DNA from: Polyangiales bacterium
GTDB taxonomy: Bacteria; Myxococcota_A; Polyangia; Polyangiales; JADJQN01
DNA: 64,000 nt
Reading direction: 5' to 3'
Assembly (NCBI GenBank): GCA_964202905.1
Contig: CAXNJO010000007.1
Span: 64,001 to 128,000, forward strand
Of this stretch, positions 1 to 9,942 are shown piece by piece (within the stretch, counting starts at the first letter, position 1; every line of letters begins with the position of its first letter). The position numbers and the translations under genes were made by a program. Under the pieces are notes generated by a model that had not been told where the DNA came from, ran no database searches, and saw only the letters and a list, made by a program, of their open reading frames with translations.

Positions 1-1
1 C

Positions 2-676
2 GCGTACGTCCGGTCGAGGCTGCTCGAGGCGAGCCCCGCGGAGGTCCGGTCGTTGGTCGCCGAGGTGGCCGCCCGCGCCACGGTGGGCGACATCGCGCAC
101 GGCGACCTCTGGGTGTCCATGGCGGTCGCCCTCGCGGATCCGCTGTGCAGTGTGTTGCGCGCGGCGGCCGCCGAGCAAGCGCGCGCGGAGGGCGATTTGG
201 ACGCCGCCGCGCTGCTCGAGTCTGCGCCGCCGGGCGAGATCGACGAGGCCGCGCGACGGGTGCCCACGCACGCGGCGCGAGAGGGGCGTCCGCTGTCGCT
301 CGGGGAACGCAAGGCGCTCGCGCGTCGCCCCGGCCGCGACCTCCTCGCGCGGGTGCTGCGCGATCCGCACCCTGACGTCGTCCGCATCCTGCTCGGCCAT
401 CCGCGGCTCACGGAGGACGACCTCGTGCGCCTCTGCGCGCGCCGGCCCATCGCGCCCGAGGTCCTCCGCGAGGTCGTCCTCTCGGCGCGGTGGATCGTGC
501 GCTACCGCGTGCGCGCCGCGATCCTGCGCAACCCGCACACCCCGCTCGAGCTCGCGCTGCCGCTCGTCGCCGGCCTCCACGCGCAGGATGCGCGCGCCGT
601 CGCTGCGTCCGAGGAACTCCCGCGGGCGGTCCGCGAGGCCTGCGCCCGGCTCGGGCCGCCAAAGACCGTTCACTGA
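2..676 (+). CDS. Hypothetical helical-repeat protein (LRV/DUF2336-like), 5'-truncated by the window edge
   Basis: Frame is open from base 2 to TGA 674-676. Repeats 'LLARVLRDPHPDVVRILLGHPRLTEDD' and 'RVRAAILRNPHTP' resemble leucine-rich-variant helical repeats. Confidence 0.6.
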   Translation, partial: AYVRSRLLEASPAEVRSLVAEVAARATVGDIAHGDLWVSMAVALADPLCSVLRAAAAEQARAEGDLDAAALLESAPPGEIDEAARRVPTHAAREGRPLSLGERKALARRPGRDLLARVLRDPHPDVVRILLGHPRLTEDDLVRLCARRPIAPEVLREVVLSARWIVRYRVRAAILRNPHTPLELALPLVAGLHAQDARAVAASEELPRAVREACARLGPPKTVH

Positions 677-712
677 AGGGGCCATGCACCGTTGGACGCG
701 GCGATCCTGTGC

Positions 713-757
713 TTGACGCAGCGCGTCGCCCGCTGTAATCGGAGTCGGATAGGGGAG
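713..757 (+). promoter_or_regulatory. Candidate sigma70 promoter and Shine-Dalgarno for the PhaR-domain gene
   Basis: TTGACG 713-718, 17-nt spacer, TAATCG 736-741; AGGGGAG 751-757 before GTG 765. Confidence 0.35.
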
Positions 758-764
758 CGAACCC

Positions 765-1388
765 GTGGAACCCATCGAGTCGCAGACGAAGAAGCCCGCA
801 GGTCGCCGCGTCGTCAAGCGCTACGCCAACCGCAAGCTCTACGACACGCGGGACAGCCGCTACGTGACGCTCGTGCAGATCGCCGAGTACGTGCGCAACG
901 GCGAGGATGTGCAGATCATCGACAACACGTCGAAGGAGGATCTCACGCACGTCACCCTCGCGCAGATCATCTACGAGGAAGAGAAAAAGGCTGAGAGCGA
1001 CGCGCGTCAGGGCTCCATCGGCACGCTGCGGCAGTTCATCCAGACGGGCTCGCAGCGCCTCGTCGAGACCCTCCGCGAGAGCCCCATCAGCCGCGTCTTC
1101 CATCGCGGCGGCGAGTCCGCGGAGCCGCGCCCCGAGCCGGCGTCCGCCGACGACTCGCGCCGCAACGCGCTCCTCGACAAGTCGCGGGAGGCGCTCGACG
1201 AGCTGCAGCGGATCGCCGACGACCGCCTGCGCCTGCTCGTCACGAGCGCCATCGCCCCTGTCCACCACCTCCAGTCCGAGGTGAAGCGCCTGCAGGGGCG
1301 CATCGACGAGCTCGAGGCGCGCCTCGTCAAGGCTGCGCAGCCGAAGGGCCGGTCGCGCACCGGTCGCGACGGCGACGGGCAGGCCTGA
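765..1388 (+). CDS. PHA synthesis regulator (PhaR-type) DNA-binding domain protein with C-terminal coiled coil
   Basis: N-terminal 'VKRYANRKLYDTRDSRYVTLVQIAEYVRNGEDVQIIDNTSKEDLT' is the PHB_acc_N motif; SD present. Confidence 0.8.
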   Translation: MEPIESQTKKPAGRRVVKRYANRKLYDTRDSRYVTLVQIAEYVRNGEDVQIIDNTSKEDLTHVTLAQIIYEEEKKAESDARQGSIGTLRQFIQTGSQRLVETLRESPISRVFHRGGESAEPRPEPASADDSRRNALLDKSREALDELQRIADDRLRLLVTSAIAPVHHLQSEVKRLQGRIDELEARLVKAAQPKGRSRTGRDGDGQA

Positions 1389-1539
1389 GCGCGGCGGGTC
1401 GGGCCGCTTGCCCCTTGGAGCGGCGGCGGCCGTGCCCTCGCGCGGAAACTGGAGTCGCGCACCGGCAGGCGAGGGCGCGCGCGGCCGCTGGTGCGGGAGC
1501 GGTCGATCGGCGGGTTCGGCTGGAACTCGCGGCGCCGTT

Positions 1540-1566
1540 GAAATAGACACGACGCGTCGGCGGTTG
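1540..1566 (+). promoter_or_regulatory. Candidate autoregulatory ECF promoter (SigR/SigH-like)
   Basis: GAAAT 1540-1544, N18, GTTG 1563-1566; one mismatch to the GGAAT-N18-GTT consensus; 22 nt before ATG 1589. Confidence 0.35.
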
Positions 1567-1588
1567 GGCCCGCCAAGGGAATCCAACG

Positions 1589-2287
1589 ATGCGCCTCTTC
1601 GGACTCGGCAAGCCCCCCATGCCCGCCGCCCCGCCTGCGGCGCAGCGCGCAACGCTGCGTCGCGGCCGCGATGACTTCGAGCGCGACGCGCTCGCGCATC
1701 TCGACGCGCTCTACGCGACGGCGCTCCGGCTCACCCGCTCGCCGGCCGACGCCGACGACCTGGTGCAGGACACTTACCTGAAGGCGCACCGCTTCAGCCA
1801 TCATTTCGAGGCGGGCACCAACCTCAAGGCCTGGCTCTTCAAGATCCTCACGAACACGTTCATCAACAAATACCGCCGCGCGACGCGTGAGCGCGAGGTC
1901 CTCGACGACGCAGGGCACGGGCCGGTCGGCGAGGGCGTCATGAGTCACGCGGCGATGCGCGCGCTCGTCGATCCGCAGGGCGCGGCCCTCGAGCCGCTCG
2001 TCGCTGCGGAGATCGGCCGGGCGCTCGACGCGCTGCCCGACGATTACCGCACCATGATCCTCCTCGCGGACGTCGAAGAGCTCTCCTACAAGGAGATCGC
2101 GGACGTCGTCGGTTGCCCGATCGGCACCGTGATGTCGAGGCTCCACCGCGCGCGGAAGCAGCTGCAGCGGCACCTCTACGAGCACGCGGTCGGCGCCGGG
2201 ATCGTCTCCGAGGCGGCCGCCGGGGCGATGGACGAGCCGCCGGTCGCGCTCGAGGCGTACCGCGCGCGTCGGGCGCGCGGGGCGTGA
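1589..2287 (+). CDS. ECF RNA polymerase sigma-70 factor (SigR/SigH-like)
   Basis: Region 2 '[40 protein letters not shown]'; region 4 '[25 protein letters not shown]'. Confidence 0.93.
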   Translation: MRLFGLGKPPMPAAPPAAQRATLRRGRDDFERDALAHLDALYATALRLTRSPADADDLVQDTYLKAHRFSHHFEAGTNLKAWLFKILTNTFINKYRRATREREVLDDAGHGPVGEGVMSHAAMRALVDPQGAALEPLVAAEIGRALDALPDDYRTMILLADVEELSYKEIADVVGCPIGTVMSRLHRARKQLQRHLYEHAVGAGIVSEAAAGAMDEPPVALEAYRARRARGA

Positions 2288-2306
2288 GGAAGAGCGGGGT
2301 CGCGCC

Positions 2307-3164
2307 ATGAACTGCAGCCTCTTCCGTCGGCACGTCGATGCCTTCCTCGACGCCGAGGTCGACCCGACGACACAGATCGAGTTCGAGCGGCACGTGGCCG
2401 CGTGCGCGGGTTGTCAGGAAGTGCTCGCCTTCGAGCGCGCCACGCGACGCTCGACGCGCGCCGCGCTCGCGGGCCCCGGCGCCCCAGACGCGCTCCGTGC
2501 GCGGATCGCGGAGCGGCTCCAGGGCGCGCCCGAGCCGCTGGATGCGTCGCTTTCGGGAAGCGGTGAGGGGCGCCCGTGGCTGCGCGTCTACGCCCTCCCG
2601 CGGCGCTATGCGATCCCCCTGAGCCTCGCTGCGGCGGCGGCGCTCGCGGTGCTCGCGGCGGGCCGCGGTCCCGGAGTCGGCGGCGAGCCGGTGGCCGCCG
2701 AGGCGGGCGCGCTCCCGCTGTTCGAGGAGGTCGCGCGCCTTCACTCGACGCCGCTCCCCTCGGATGTGCGCGATCCGCAAGACGAGCAGGTACTCAGTTA
2801 CTTCCGCGGGAAGGTCGAGTTCCCGGTGCGTCCGGCGGCCTTTCCGAACGGCCACGCGCGGCTCGTCGGGGTGCGCGTGTCGAACGTGCGCGAGCGTCGT
2901 GCGGCGGCGCTCTATTACGACGTGAAGGGGCGTCGGATGACCGTCGTCGTCTACGCTGAGCCTCGGCCGGGTGCGGCGTGGCAGGTCTTCCCCGCGGGGC
3001 GGGGCCTGCTGGTCGAGCGCGTGAACGGCCGACCGGTCGCACACCGGCGCGTCGGCGGCTACACGGTCTCGGCCACGTACCACGACGGCCTGACCTACGC
3101 GCTGACCGGCGACATGGACGAGCGCACGCTCGTGCGGCTCGCCGCGACCGCGCAGATCCGCTGA
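2307..3164 (+). CDS. Membrane-anchored zinc anti-sigma factor (ZAS, HxxxCxxC)
   Basis: 'MNC...FLDAEV...HVAACAGC' zf-HC2 motif, a hydrophobic segment (LSLAAAAALAVLAA) and a C-terminal extracytoplasmic domain; directly follows the ECF sigma. Confidence 0.85.
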   Translation: MNCSLFRRHVDAFLDAEVDPTTQIEFERHVAACAGCQEVLAFERATRRSTRAALAGPGAPDALRARIAERLQGAPEPLDASLSGSGEGRPWLRVYALPRRYAIPLSLAAAAALAVLAAGRGPGVGGEPVAAEAGALPLFEEVARLHSTPLPSDVRDPQDEQVLSYFRGKVEFPVRPAAFPNGHARLVGVRVSNVRERRAAALYYDVKGRRMTVVVYAEPRPGAAWQVFPAGRGLLVERVNGRPVAHRRVGGYTVSATYHDGLTYALTGDMDERTLVRLAATAQIR

Positions 3165-3256
3165 CGCGGCGCGCACGCAGCCTCCGCGCAGGTCTCCGAG
3201 CGCCTGTCGAATGATGTGTAAACGCGCGAAACAACGGCGCTTCACGCGGGTTGGCG

Positions 3257-3286
3257 TTGACACTCCAGAGTGCGCCTGACTATCCT
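3257..3286 (+). promoter_or_regulatory. Sigma70-type promoter, probably leaderless transcript
   Basis: Perfect TTGACA 3257-3262, N18, TATCCT 3281-3286, then 8 nt to ATG 3295 with no SD. Confidence 0.7.
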
Positions 3287-3294
3287 CCGGCCCC

Positions 3295-5523
3295 ATGTCC
3301 CAGCGGATCCTCGTGGTCGACGGCGACGCCGTCTTTGCCGGCGCGATCAAGGCCGGTTTCGAGTCCCTCGGCGTGAGCGTCGAGGTCGTGGACGACGGCG
3401 ACACGGGCATCGCGCGCGCGCTGGCGCAGCGGCCGGATCTCATCCTCCTGGCGATCGAGCTGCGCGGCGTCAACGGTTTCCTGATCTGCAAGAAGCTGAA
3501 GAAATCGCCGGAACTCAAGGACATCCCGCTCGTGATCCTCTCGAGCGAAGCGACCGACGAAATCTTCGAGCAGCACAAGAAACTCCGCACCCGCGCGGAG
3601 GACTACATCCGCAAGCCCATCGGTTTCGACGCCCTCGCCGAGCACGTGCAGGCGATCTTGCCGATCGGCCTCGGCGACGGGATGCCCGTCTCTGAGGAGT
3701 CGGTCGACGTCGACGCGGGGATGATGGACGTCGAGGTCGACGAGCCCTCGGCACGCACGCGCGGCGCGGTCGACGCCGAGATTGAGGAGTTTGCCGACGC
3801 GGCCTTCGGAAGTCTGCTGCTGGAGGATGAGGCGACGAGCATCGGCGCCATCCCGGACCAGGTCCTCGCCGACCTCGCTGCGCGTCAGGCTGCCGCTGCC
3901 GCTGCGCCCCCGCCTGCGTCGCGCTCCGTCGCACCGCCGCGCCCGGCCACGCAGCCGCCGCCGCCGCCGCCGCCGCCGGCGATGGTGCCCGGGGCAGTTC
4001 CGGCGGTGAGCGCGTCGCCGGCGCAGCTTGCCGAGCTTGCAGCGCTGCGGGACGAGGCCGCCGGGCTCCGGCGGCGGGTCGAGGCTGCGGAGGAGGACGC
4101 GCAGGCCGCGCGGCGTGAGGCAGCCGAGCACGAAGGCCTCTCGCGCGAGCTCGCCGACCTCAAGGCGCGCGCGGCGAAGGGTGGCGGAGGCGTGTCGAGC
4201 CGCGAGTTCCTCGACCTCCGTGAGGCCCTGAATCGCAAGGACAAGGAGATCCTCGAGTTGCGCGATCAGGTGTCGACGCGCGACCGGCGCCTGCTCGACG
4301 CCAACGACAAGGGCCTCGTGCTCGAGCGAAAGATCGCGGACCTCGAGGACAAAGCCGTCTCGCTCGAGCGCGAGCACGACGACGCGACGACGAAGATCCA
4401 CGCGCTCTCGGCCGACAAGGAGCAGCTGCAGAAGCGCGCCGACGACGTGAAGTCGCGCCTCGAACGCATCGAGCAGAAGGCCAAGAAGCTCGAGGAGGAG
4501 ATCGACGGCGAGCGTGGCGTTCACGCCAAGGCGCTCGACGATTTGAGGCTTGCCGCCGCCGCGGAGCTCGCCGCTGCGCGGGAGTTGGGCGAGAACGCGC
4601 TCGCTGCGGCGCGCGCGGCCGCGGCGGCGGAGCTCGCGTCGCGCGAGGAGACCGCTGCGGTTGCTGCGGCGCGGGCGCGGGCCGCTTCGGAGGCCGCGCT
4701 CGACGCGGCGCGTGAGGCGGCTGCCGATGAACTCGCTGCGGCCCGCGTGCTCGCGGCGTCGGAGTCGGCCGACGAGCGCGCCGCACGTGCGGCGGCCGAG
4801 CAGGCGATGCTGGCGGCGCACGAGGAGGCCCTCGCCGCTGCCGAGAACGCGCGTTCCGCGTCGCTCGCGCGCGCGGCGTCCGAGTCCGAGGCGAGCCGCG
4901 ACGCCGCCCTCGCCGCGCTGCGCGCCGAGCTCGAGGCTTCGCGCGACGCGGCCCTGGCGGCGGCTGCCGCAACGAGCGCCGCGACGCTCGCGGCGGCGGG
5001 GGAGGCCCACGCGACCGTGATGGCCGAGGCCGCGGCTGCACACGCCGCAGCGATGAGCGAGGCCGCGGTCGCGCATGCGGCAGCGGTCGACGCGTCTCGC
5101 GCCGCGCACGAGGCGGCCGAGCGCGCGCTCCGCGAGCAGCATGGGCGTGAGCTCGCGATCCTCGGGCGGAAGCTCGCGGAGACCGAGTCCAGCCTCGCCA
5201 CGACGCAGCAGTCGCTCGAGGAGTCGGTCGAGTCGGGGCTCGCGCTGCGCCAATCGCTCGACGCGAGCACCGCGGAACTCGCCTCGACGAGCGCCGTGCT
5301 CGGCGCCACGCGCGCCGTCCGCGACGAGCTCGAGGCGACGTCCGCGGCGCAGGCCGGACGGATCCGCGAACTCGAGTCGACTTCGGCGTCCCTCGACGCG
5401 CGGCTCACCCGTGCCCTGGCGAAACTCGCCGCCGATGGGCTGCTCCTCGAGCGCGCGCGCAAGGCGCTCGACATCGGGGCCGCGCTCCTCGCGGAGCAGC
5501 ACGCCACCCCGCTCGAGGACTAG
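3295..5523 (+). CDS. FrzS/AglZ-like pseudo-receiver domain plus Pro-rich linker and long coiled coil
   Basis: Receiver fold 'RILVVDGD...RPDLILLAIEL..NGFLICKKLKKSPELKDIP..QHKKLRTRAEDYIRKP' with Ala at the phospho-acceptor Asp position; over 400 aa of heptad/Ala-Glu coiled coil. Confidence 0.75.
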   Translation: MSQRILVVDGDAVFAGAIKAGFESLGVSVEVVDDGDTGIARALAQRPDLILLAIELRGVNGFLICKKLKKSPELKDIPLVILSSEATDEIFEQHKKLRTRAEDYIRKPIGFDALAEHVQAILPIGLGDGMPVSEESVDVDAGMMDVEVDEPSARTRGAVDAEIEEFADAAFGSLLLEDEATSIGAIPDQVLADLAARQAAAAAAPPPASRSVAPPRPATQPPPPPPPPAMVPGAVPAVSASPAQLAELAALRDEAAGLRRRVEAAEEDAQAARREAAEHEGLSRELADLKARAAKGGGGVSSREFLDLREALNRKDKEILELRDQVSTRDRRLLDANDKGLVLERKIADLEDKAVSLEREHDDATTKIHALSADKEQLQKRADDVKSRLERIEQKAKKLEEEIDGERGVHAKALDDLRLAAAAELAAARELGENALAAARAAAAAELASREETAAVAAARARAASEAALDAAREAAADELAAARVLAASESADERAARAAAEQAMLAAHEEALAAAENARSASLARAASESEASRDAALAALRAELEASRDAALAAAAATSAATLAAAGEAHATVMAEAAAAHAAAMSEAAVAHAAAVDASRAAHEAAERALREQHGRELAILGRKLAETESSLATTQQSLEESVESGLALRQSLDASTAELASTSAVLGATRAVRDELEATSAAQAGRIRELESTSASLDARLTRALAKLAADGLLLERARKALDIGAALLAEQHATPLED

Positions 5524-5620
5524 CCGCGCCGGCGTGTCTGGCAGGCGCGTCCCCGGGACACGTGTCGCCGACGCATGTCGTTGGCGCGCCACGAGGGTGC
5601 GCCGCCTCGCGTATCTGCGG

Positions 5621-8549
5621 TCAGGTCCCGTCGACGAGCACGTGGCGGAGCACGACGCCGCCAGTCCCCGCGACGTACACGTAGCGGTCGGCGCGCACGA
5701 CCGCGCGCAGGCTCTGGCCGGAGACCTCGAGCGGGAGCGTGCGCCAGAGGCCGTCCTCGCCCCGCTCGAGCGCGGTCCCGTCGTCCCCGACCGCGAGAGG
5801 GAGGCCCCGCGGTCCGAGGCCGATGGCGTGCAACGTCGGGCCCGCGTCGTGTTCGACGCGGCAATCGGCGGGCGATATCGCGACGATGAGCCCACCGTCG
5901 CCCGCGGCCCAGGCCTCCTGCCCCGCGCCTCGCACGACCCCGCGCAGCATGCGGCCGGATGCGGGTTCGCACGGTTGACGGGTGGTCCGCTCCGCGCCGA
6001 CGCGAAGCACGGCGCCGTTCGCGCCGACGACGAGCGCATCCTTGGGCGTGCCGGCGATCGCAGCGAGGTCGCCGGTGTCGGGCACGCGCGTCGCCTGCAA
6101 CGCGGCGAGCGGACCGCGGAGCAGCGTCCCTTCGCCCCCGACGACGAGGACGCCGTCTTCGTCCGCGACGACGTCGCGCCACGGCTGACGTAACGGTGAT
6201 GCGCGCAGGGTGGCACGGTCCGCGACGATTTCCACGAGCGCGCCGTCGTCGCCGACCGCGAGCAGGGCGTCGGGCCCGAGCGCCACGAGCCCCCCGAGGC
6301 CGGAGCGCGTGGGGGACACGCTCTCGGAAAACCCCGCCTCGCCTTCGCGGGCGATGCGCCCGTATTCGCCGACCGCCACGAGCGCGCCGCCGAGAGACGC
6401 GAGGTCGCGGATCGCACCGGTCGGTCCGGCGGTGAGCAGGCGGACGTGGTCGTCGGCGAGCGAGGCCACCCGTCCGCCCGCGCCGACCAGCCAGGTGCGC
6501 TCTCCCTGCGCGCCGGACAGCGCGTACCACGGGCGATCCGCGCCGCTCTCGAGTCGTACTCCGCGGTCGCCCTGCACGAGCAGGACCTCGCCGTGCGTCC
6601 CCGCGATCGCGATGCGATCACCATCACAGTCGATGGCGGTCCATGCAGAGGTTCCCGTGTCGCGGAGCGCGCGCCAGACGTCCGGTCCGACGCGCCGCAG
6701 CACGACGCCCCCGTCGCCCGCAGCGTAGAGCGGACCGCCGGGGCAGCCCCCGAGCCCACGGAGGGTCGCGCGGGTCCCGCTGCGCTCGCGGATGGCGCCG
6801 CGCGGTCCGACGCGCACGATGGTGCCGGCCTCACCCGCGGCGAAGACCTCCGCGCCGACGACCGCGAGCGCGCGCAGCGCAGCGCCGCCCGTCGCGCGCG
6901 CGGCGTCGAGCGCGGAGACGTGGCGGTCGACGACGCGGAGGAGCGTGCCCGCGTCGCCGGCGACGAACGCCTCCGTCGGCGACACGGCGGCGACGGCGTG
7001 CAGCGCGCGGTCGGTGCCTGCGTCGAGGCGAATCGGCGCCGCGTCGCTCAGCCGCACGAGGGTGCCGTGCGCGCCCGCGGCGAGCGCGTCGCGCGTGCCG
7101 GTGAAGGCGACGGCCTCGAGGTCCTCCGTCGTGCCCGTATCCCACGTGGCGAGGCCCTGCGGCATCAGTCGCGCCGCCGCGCCGCGTCGTCCGACCATCG
7201 CGACGAGCCCGCGGCCGCCGACGTCGAGGCCGAGGTAGGTTGGAAGCGCGCGGGGGAGCGGGTTCAGCCAGCGCCAGCCTTCGCCTCCGCCGCGGTCCGG
7301 TCCGGCGAGCGGCGCGGCCCGCGGGGCCGCCGGCGTCGGCAGCGCGCTCTGCTCGACGGGCTTCGGGCGGCGCTCGCCGAGCAGCGCGGTCGCGACCGTC
7401 GCGCTTGCGAGCAGCAGCAGCGCGAGCCCTGCGATGGGGAGCCAGCGTGACGACGGCGACACGACGGGGGGCACCGCGTCCGCCGCGCCGTCCGCATCGT
7501 CGTCGCCCGCCCGCGCCGGCGCGCGCTCGGCCCACGCACCGCCTGGCGACCTGGTCCGATCGCACCCACGCATCGCCCGCGGCCTGCGTCGCCGCGAGAC
7601 CAACCTGCTCGAGCGCGTCGAGCGCCGAGGGCGCGAGCGAGGCGGTCGGCGGCGCCTCGAGGATGACGGGCGCGCCGTCGAACGCGCGGAAGGGCGCGAG
7701 CGCCTCGCGGACCTCGCGCGCTGACGCGTGACGCTGGGCGCGATCCTTCGCGAGGAGCCGCTCGATCACCGCGCCGAGGGCCTCGGGGACGTCGCCACGG
7801 TAGCGGCGCACCGGGGGCGGCGGCTCGGTGCAGATCTTCACGATCAACATCGGGAACGAGCTGTCGTCGAAGGGATGTTGACCCGTGAGCGCGCGGAAGA
7901 GGATGACGCCGAGCGCGTAGAGGTCGACCCGGTGATCGACGTCCCGCGCGCCGCGCGCCTGCTCGGGCGCCATGTAGTAGGGCGTGCCGAGGGCCGTCCC
8001 CGTGCGCGTCGCCGCGTCCTGCGGCGTGCCGAGCGCGGCCTTCACCTTGCTGATGCCGAAATCGAGCACCTTCACGAAGCGCGGCTCGCCCTCGCGTCGC
8101 GTGAGAAAGACGTTCTCCGGCTTGAGATCGCGGTGCACGATCTCCTTCGCGTGGACGGCTTCGAGCGCCTCGCAGACCTGCGACACCACGTCGATGACGT
8201 CGGCGATCGGCAGCGGACCGCGCGCGCGGATCTCCGCGGCGAGGTCGTGCCCCTCGAGCAGCTCGAGCACCATGAAGACCGAGCCGTCCTCGGCCTCGCC
8301 GAGCTCGAGCACCTCGATGACGTGCGGGTTCCCGATCGCCGTCGCCGCGAATGCCTCGCGTCGGAAGCGCGCGACGATGTCCGGGTCGGCGGCGTATTGC
8401 GCGTGCAGCAGCTTGACCGCGACGCGCCCGCCGACGCGGATGTTCTCGGCTTCGTAGATCGTGCCCATCCCGCCGGCAGCGATCGCGCGGAGCAAACGGT
8501 AGCGACCGCCGAGGAGGGCGCCCACGCGCAAATCGCGAGCCTGCGTCAC
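5621..8549 (-). CDS. Receptor-type Ser/Thr protein kinase: Hanks kinase + TM + extracellular beta-propeller (one frameshift near 7530-7590, likely sequencing error)
   Basis: Kinase motifs IAAGGMGTIY, VAVK, HRDLKPEN, DFG, GTPYYMAPE in ORF 6831..8549. ORF 5621..7603 continues with TM 'WLPIAGLALLLLASATVATALLG' and about 14 'L.AV....hAAG.GG.hh' propeller blades (YCF48/BNR-like). Confidence 0.8.
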
Positions 8550-8555
8550 GGCGCG

Positions 8556-8682
8556 AGTGTATCCGCGTGTCCCGGCGACGGGTGCGCCAATCCGCCCGCG
8601 GAGCCCGTCCTCGATGCGCCGCCGGCGTCGCGCGCAAATCGTGGCCCGTCCATTGCTCTTCCGGAGCGCGTCGGCTTACTCT
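8556..8682. promoter_or_regulatory. Divergent promoter region shared by the kinase and the Tad cluster
   Basis: Minus strand: TACACT (8561-8556) 6 nt before kinase GTG 8549. Plus strand: TTGCTC 8653-8658, N18, TACTCT 8677-8682, 9 nt before flp ATG 8692. Confidence 0.55.
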
Positions 8683-8691
8683 CGGAGACTC

Positions 8692-8952
8692 ATGACCCCA
8701 TCCGCGCTCCCCACCCTGGCCATCGCACGCTCCCTCCGGGCGGTCGTGCGTGCGCGTTTGGAGCGTGCGCGGTCCGCGTCCGCGGCAGGCGAGGGCCTCG
8801 CCGAGAACGAGCGCGGCGTCGCGATGGTGGAGTACGTGACGCTGCTCTGTCTCGTCACCCTCAGCGGTGCGGCGACCGTCGTCGCGCTCGGCGTGCCGCT
8901 CATGCAGCTCTTCCGCTACGTCCAGATGGTCATCGCGATGCCCATCCCCTGA
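8692..8952 (+). CDS. flp: Flp-family type IVc prepilin 1 (86 aa)
   Basis: Class III cleavage site 'ENERG|VAMVEY' with E5-Y6 followed by a hydrophobic helix. Confidence 0.8.
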   Translation: MTPSALPTLAIARSLRAVVRARLERARSASAAGEGLAENERGVAMVEYVTLLCLVTLSGAATVVALGVPLMQLFRYVQMVIAMPIP

Positions 8953-9043
8953 GGGCGTCGGGCGCGACGTCTGCGTCCCGCGTCTCGAGCCACCGATTCT
9001 CCCCGCAACCCCGAACGAACGCGTCAACCCCGAGGAGTGCCCC

Positions 9044-9279
9044 ATGGCGAAGAAGACCCCGTCGAAGTCCATCGTGCTCGAGACCCCGAAGAAGGACCTC
9101 CCGTCGCTGCTCCGCGATCAGCGCGGTCTGACCACGGTCGAGTACATCATCATCCTCTGCCTGATTGCGGTCGTGGGCTTCGGCGTCTGGAAGAAGTTCG
9201 GCGCGACGGTCAAGGACGCGCGTCGGCGAGGCGAACGACACGCTCGGCGCGTATGTCCGGCGAAGCCACCACCGAGTAG
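9044..9279 (+). CDS. flp: Flp-family type IVc prepilin 2 (3' end carries two apparent +1 indels near 9218 and 9252)
   Basis: SD GAGGAG 9032-9037; 'RDQRG|LTTVEYIIILCLIAVVGFGVWKKFG'. Removing two bases gives a plausible tail 'VGEANDTLG.MSGEATTE*' ending TAG 9277-9279. Confidence 0.75.
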
Positions 9280-9292
9280 TCCGCGACCCGGC

Positions 9293-9847
9293 ATGCTGCC
9301 TCAGTGGGCCACGGACGGCGCGCGCATCGCCGCGCTCGGGGTCGTCGCAATCGCGGCGTTCACCGACGCGCGGCGTGAGCGAATCCCGAACTGGCTCACG
9401 CTCCCCGCGATCGCGTTCGGGCCTTTGTTCTGGCTGTTCGCGGACTTCTACTGGGGCGGGATCCGCTCGCTCCTCGGCCTCGTCCTCTGCGCCGCGGTCC
9501 CGTACTGGCTGTTCCGGCGCGGGGCGTGGGCAGGGGGCGACGTCAAACTCTTCGCGGCGATCGGCGCCCTCGTGGGCGGTGACTACGGCGGCGTCGGCCT
9601 CGGCATCGAGGCGCTGCTCTTCACGACGATGGCGGCGGCTGCGTACGCCCTCGTGCGGCTCGCCTGGGAGGGCAAGCTGCTGCGCACGCTCGCGAATGCG
9701 TTCTTCCTGCCGCTCAACCCGGTGCTCCCGAAGGCCTGGCGTCGGGAGATCACCCCGGAGCTGATGTCCCGGGTGAGGCTTGGCGTACCCGCGCTGGTGG
9801 GGACTGCGGTCGCCGTCGGGCTCCGTTACCCGACGCTGTGGATGTGA
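9293..9847 (+). CDS. cpaA: A24 prepilin peptidase (CpaA/TadV)
   Basis: Multi-TM; 'AFTDARRERIPNW' and 'AGGDVKL' carry the two catalytic aspartates. Confidence 0.9.
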   Translation: MLPQWATDGARIAALGVVAIAAFTDARRERIPNWLTLPAIAFGPLFWLFADFYWGGIRSLLGLVLCAAVPYWLFRRGAWAGGDVKLFAAIGALVGGDYGGVGLGIEALLFTTMAAAAYALVRLAWEGKLLRTLANAFFLPLNPVLPKAWRREITPELMSRVRLGVPALVGTAVAVGLRYPTLWM

Positions 9848-9942
9848 TGTTCGCGTGCGCGCGTGTGCCGGGCGCCCGAACGGGCGCGGCAGCGCCGGAG
9901 CGCGGGAGGGGCGCCGGTGAGCGGCGCCAAAGGAGGCTCGCG

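Noticed and set aside
765..1388. PHA biosynthesis cluster
   Set aside because: Only the PhaR-type DNA-binding domain is present; no phaC/phaA/phaB in the window.
3210..3250. AT-rich imperfect palindrome TGTAAACGCGCGAAACA upstream of the TTGACA promoter
   Set aside because: Weak symmetry, single copy and no assignable regulator.
8867..9847. Apparent Flp pilin-prepilin peptidase fusion (326-aa ORF)
   Set aside because: The joining segment (ARRRGERHARRVCPAK) looks off-frame. Two single-base corrections give a normal pilin ending at TAG 9279, and the peptidase has its own ATG at 9293.
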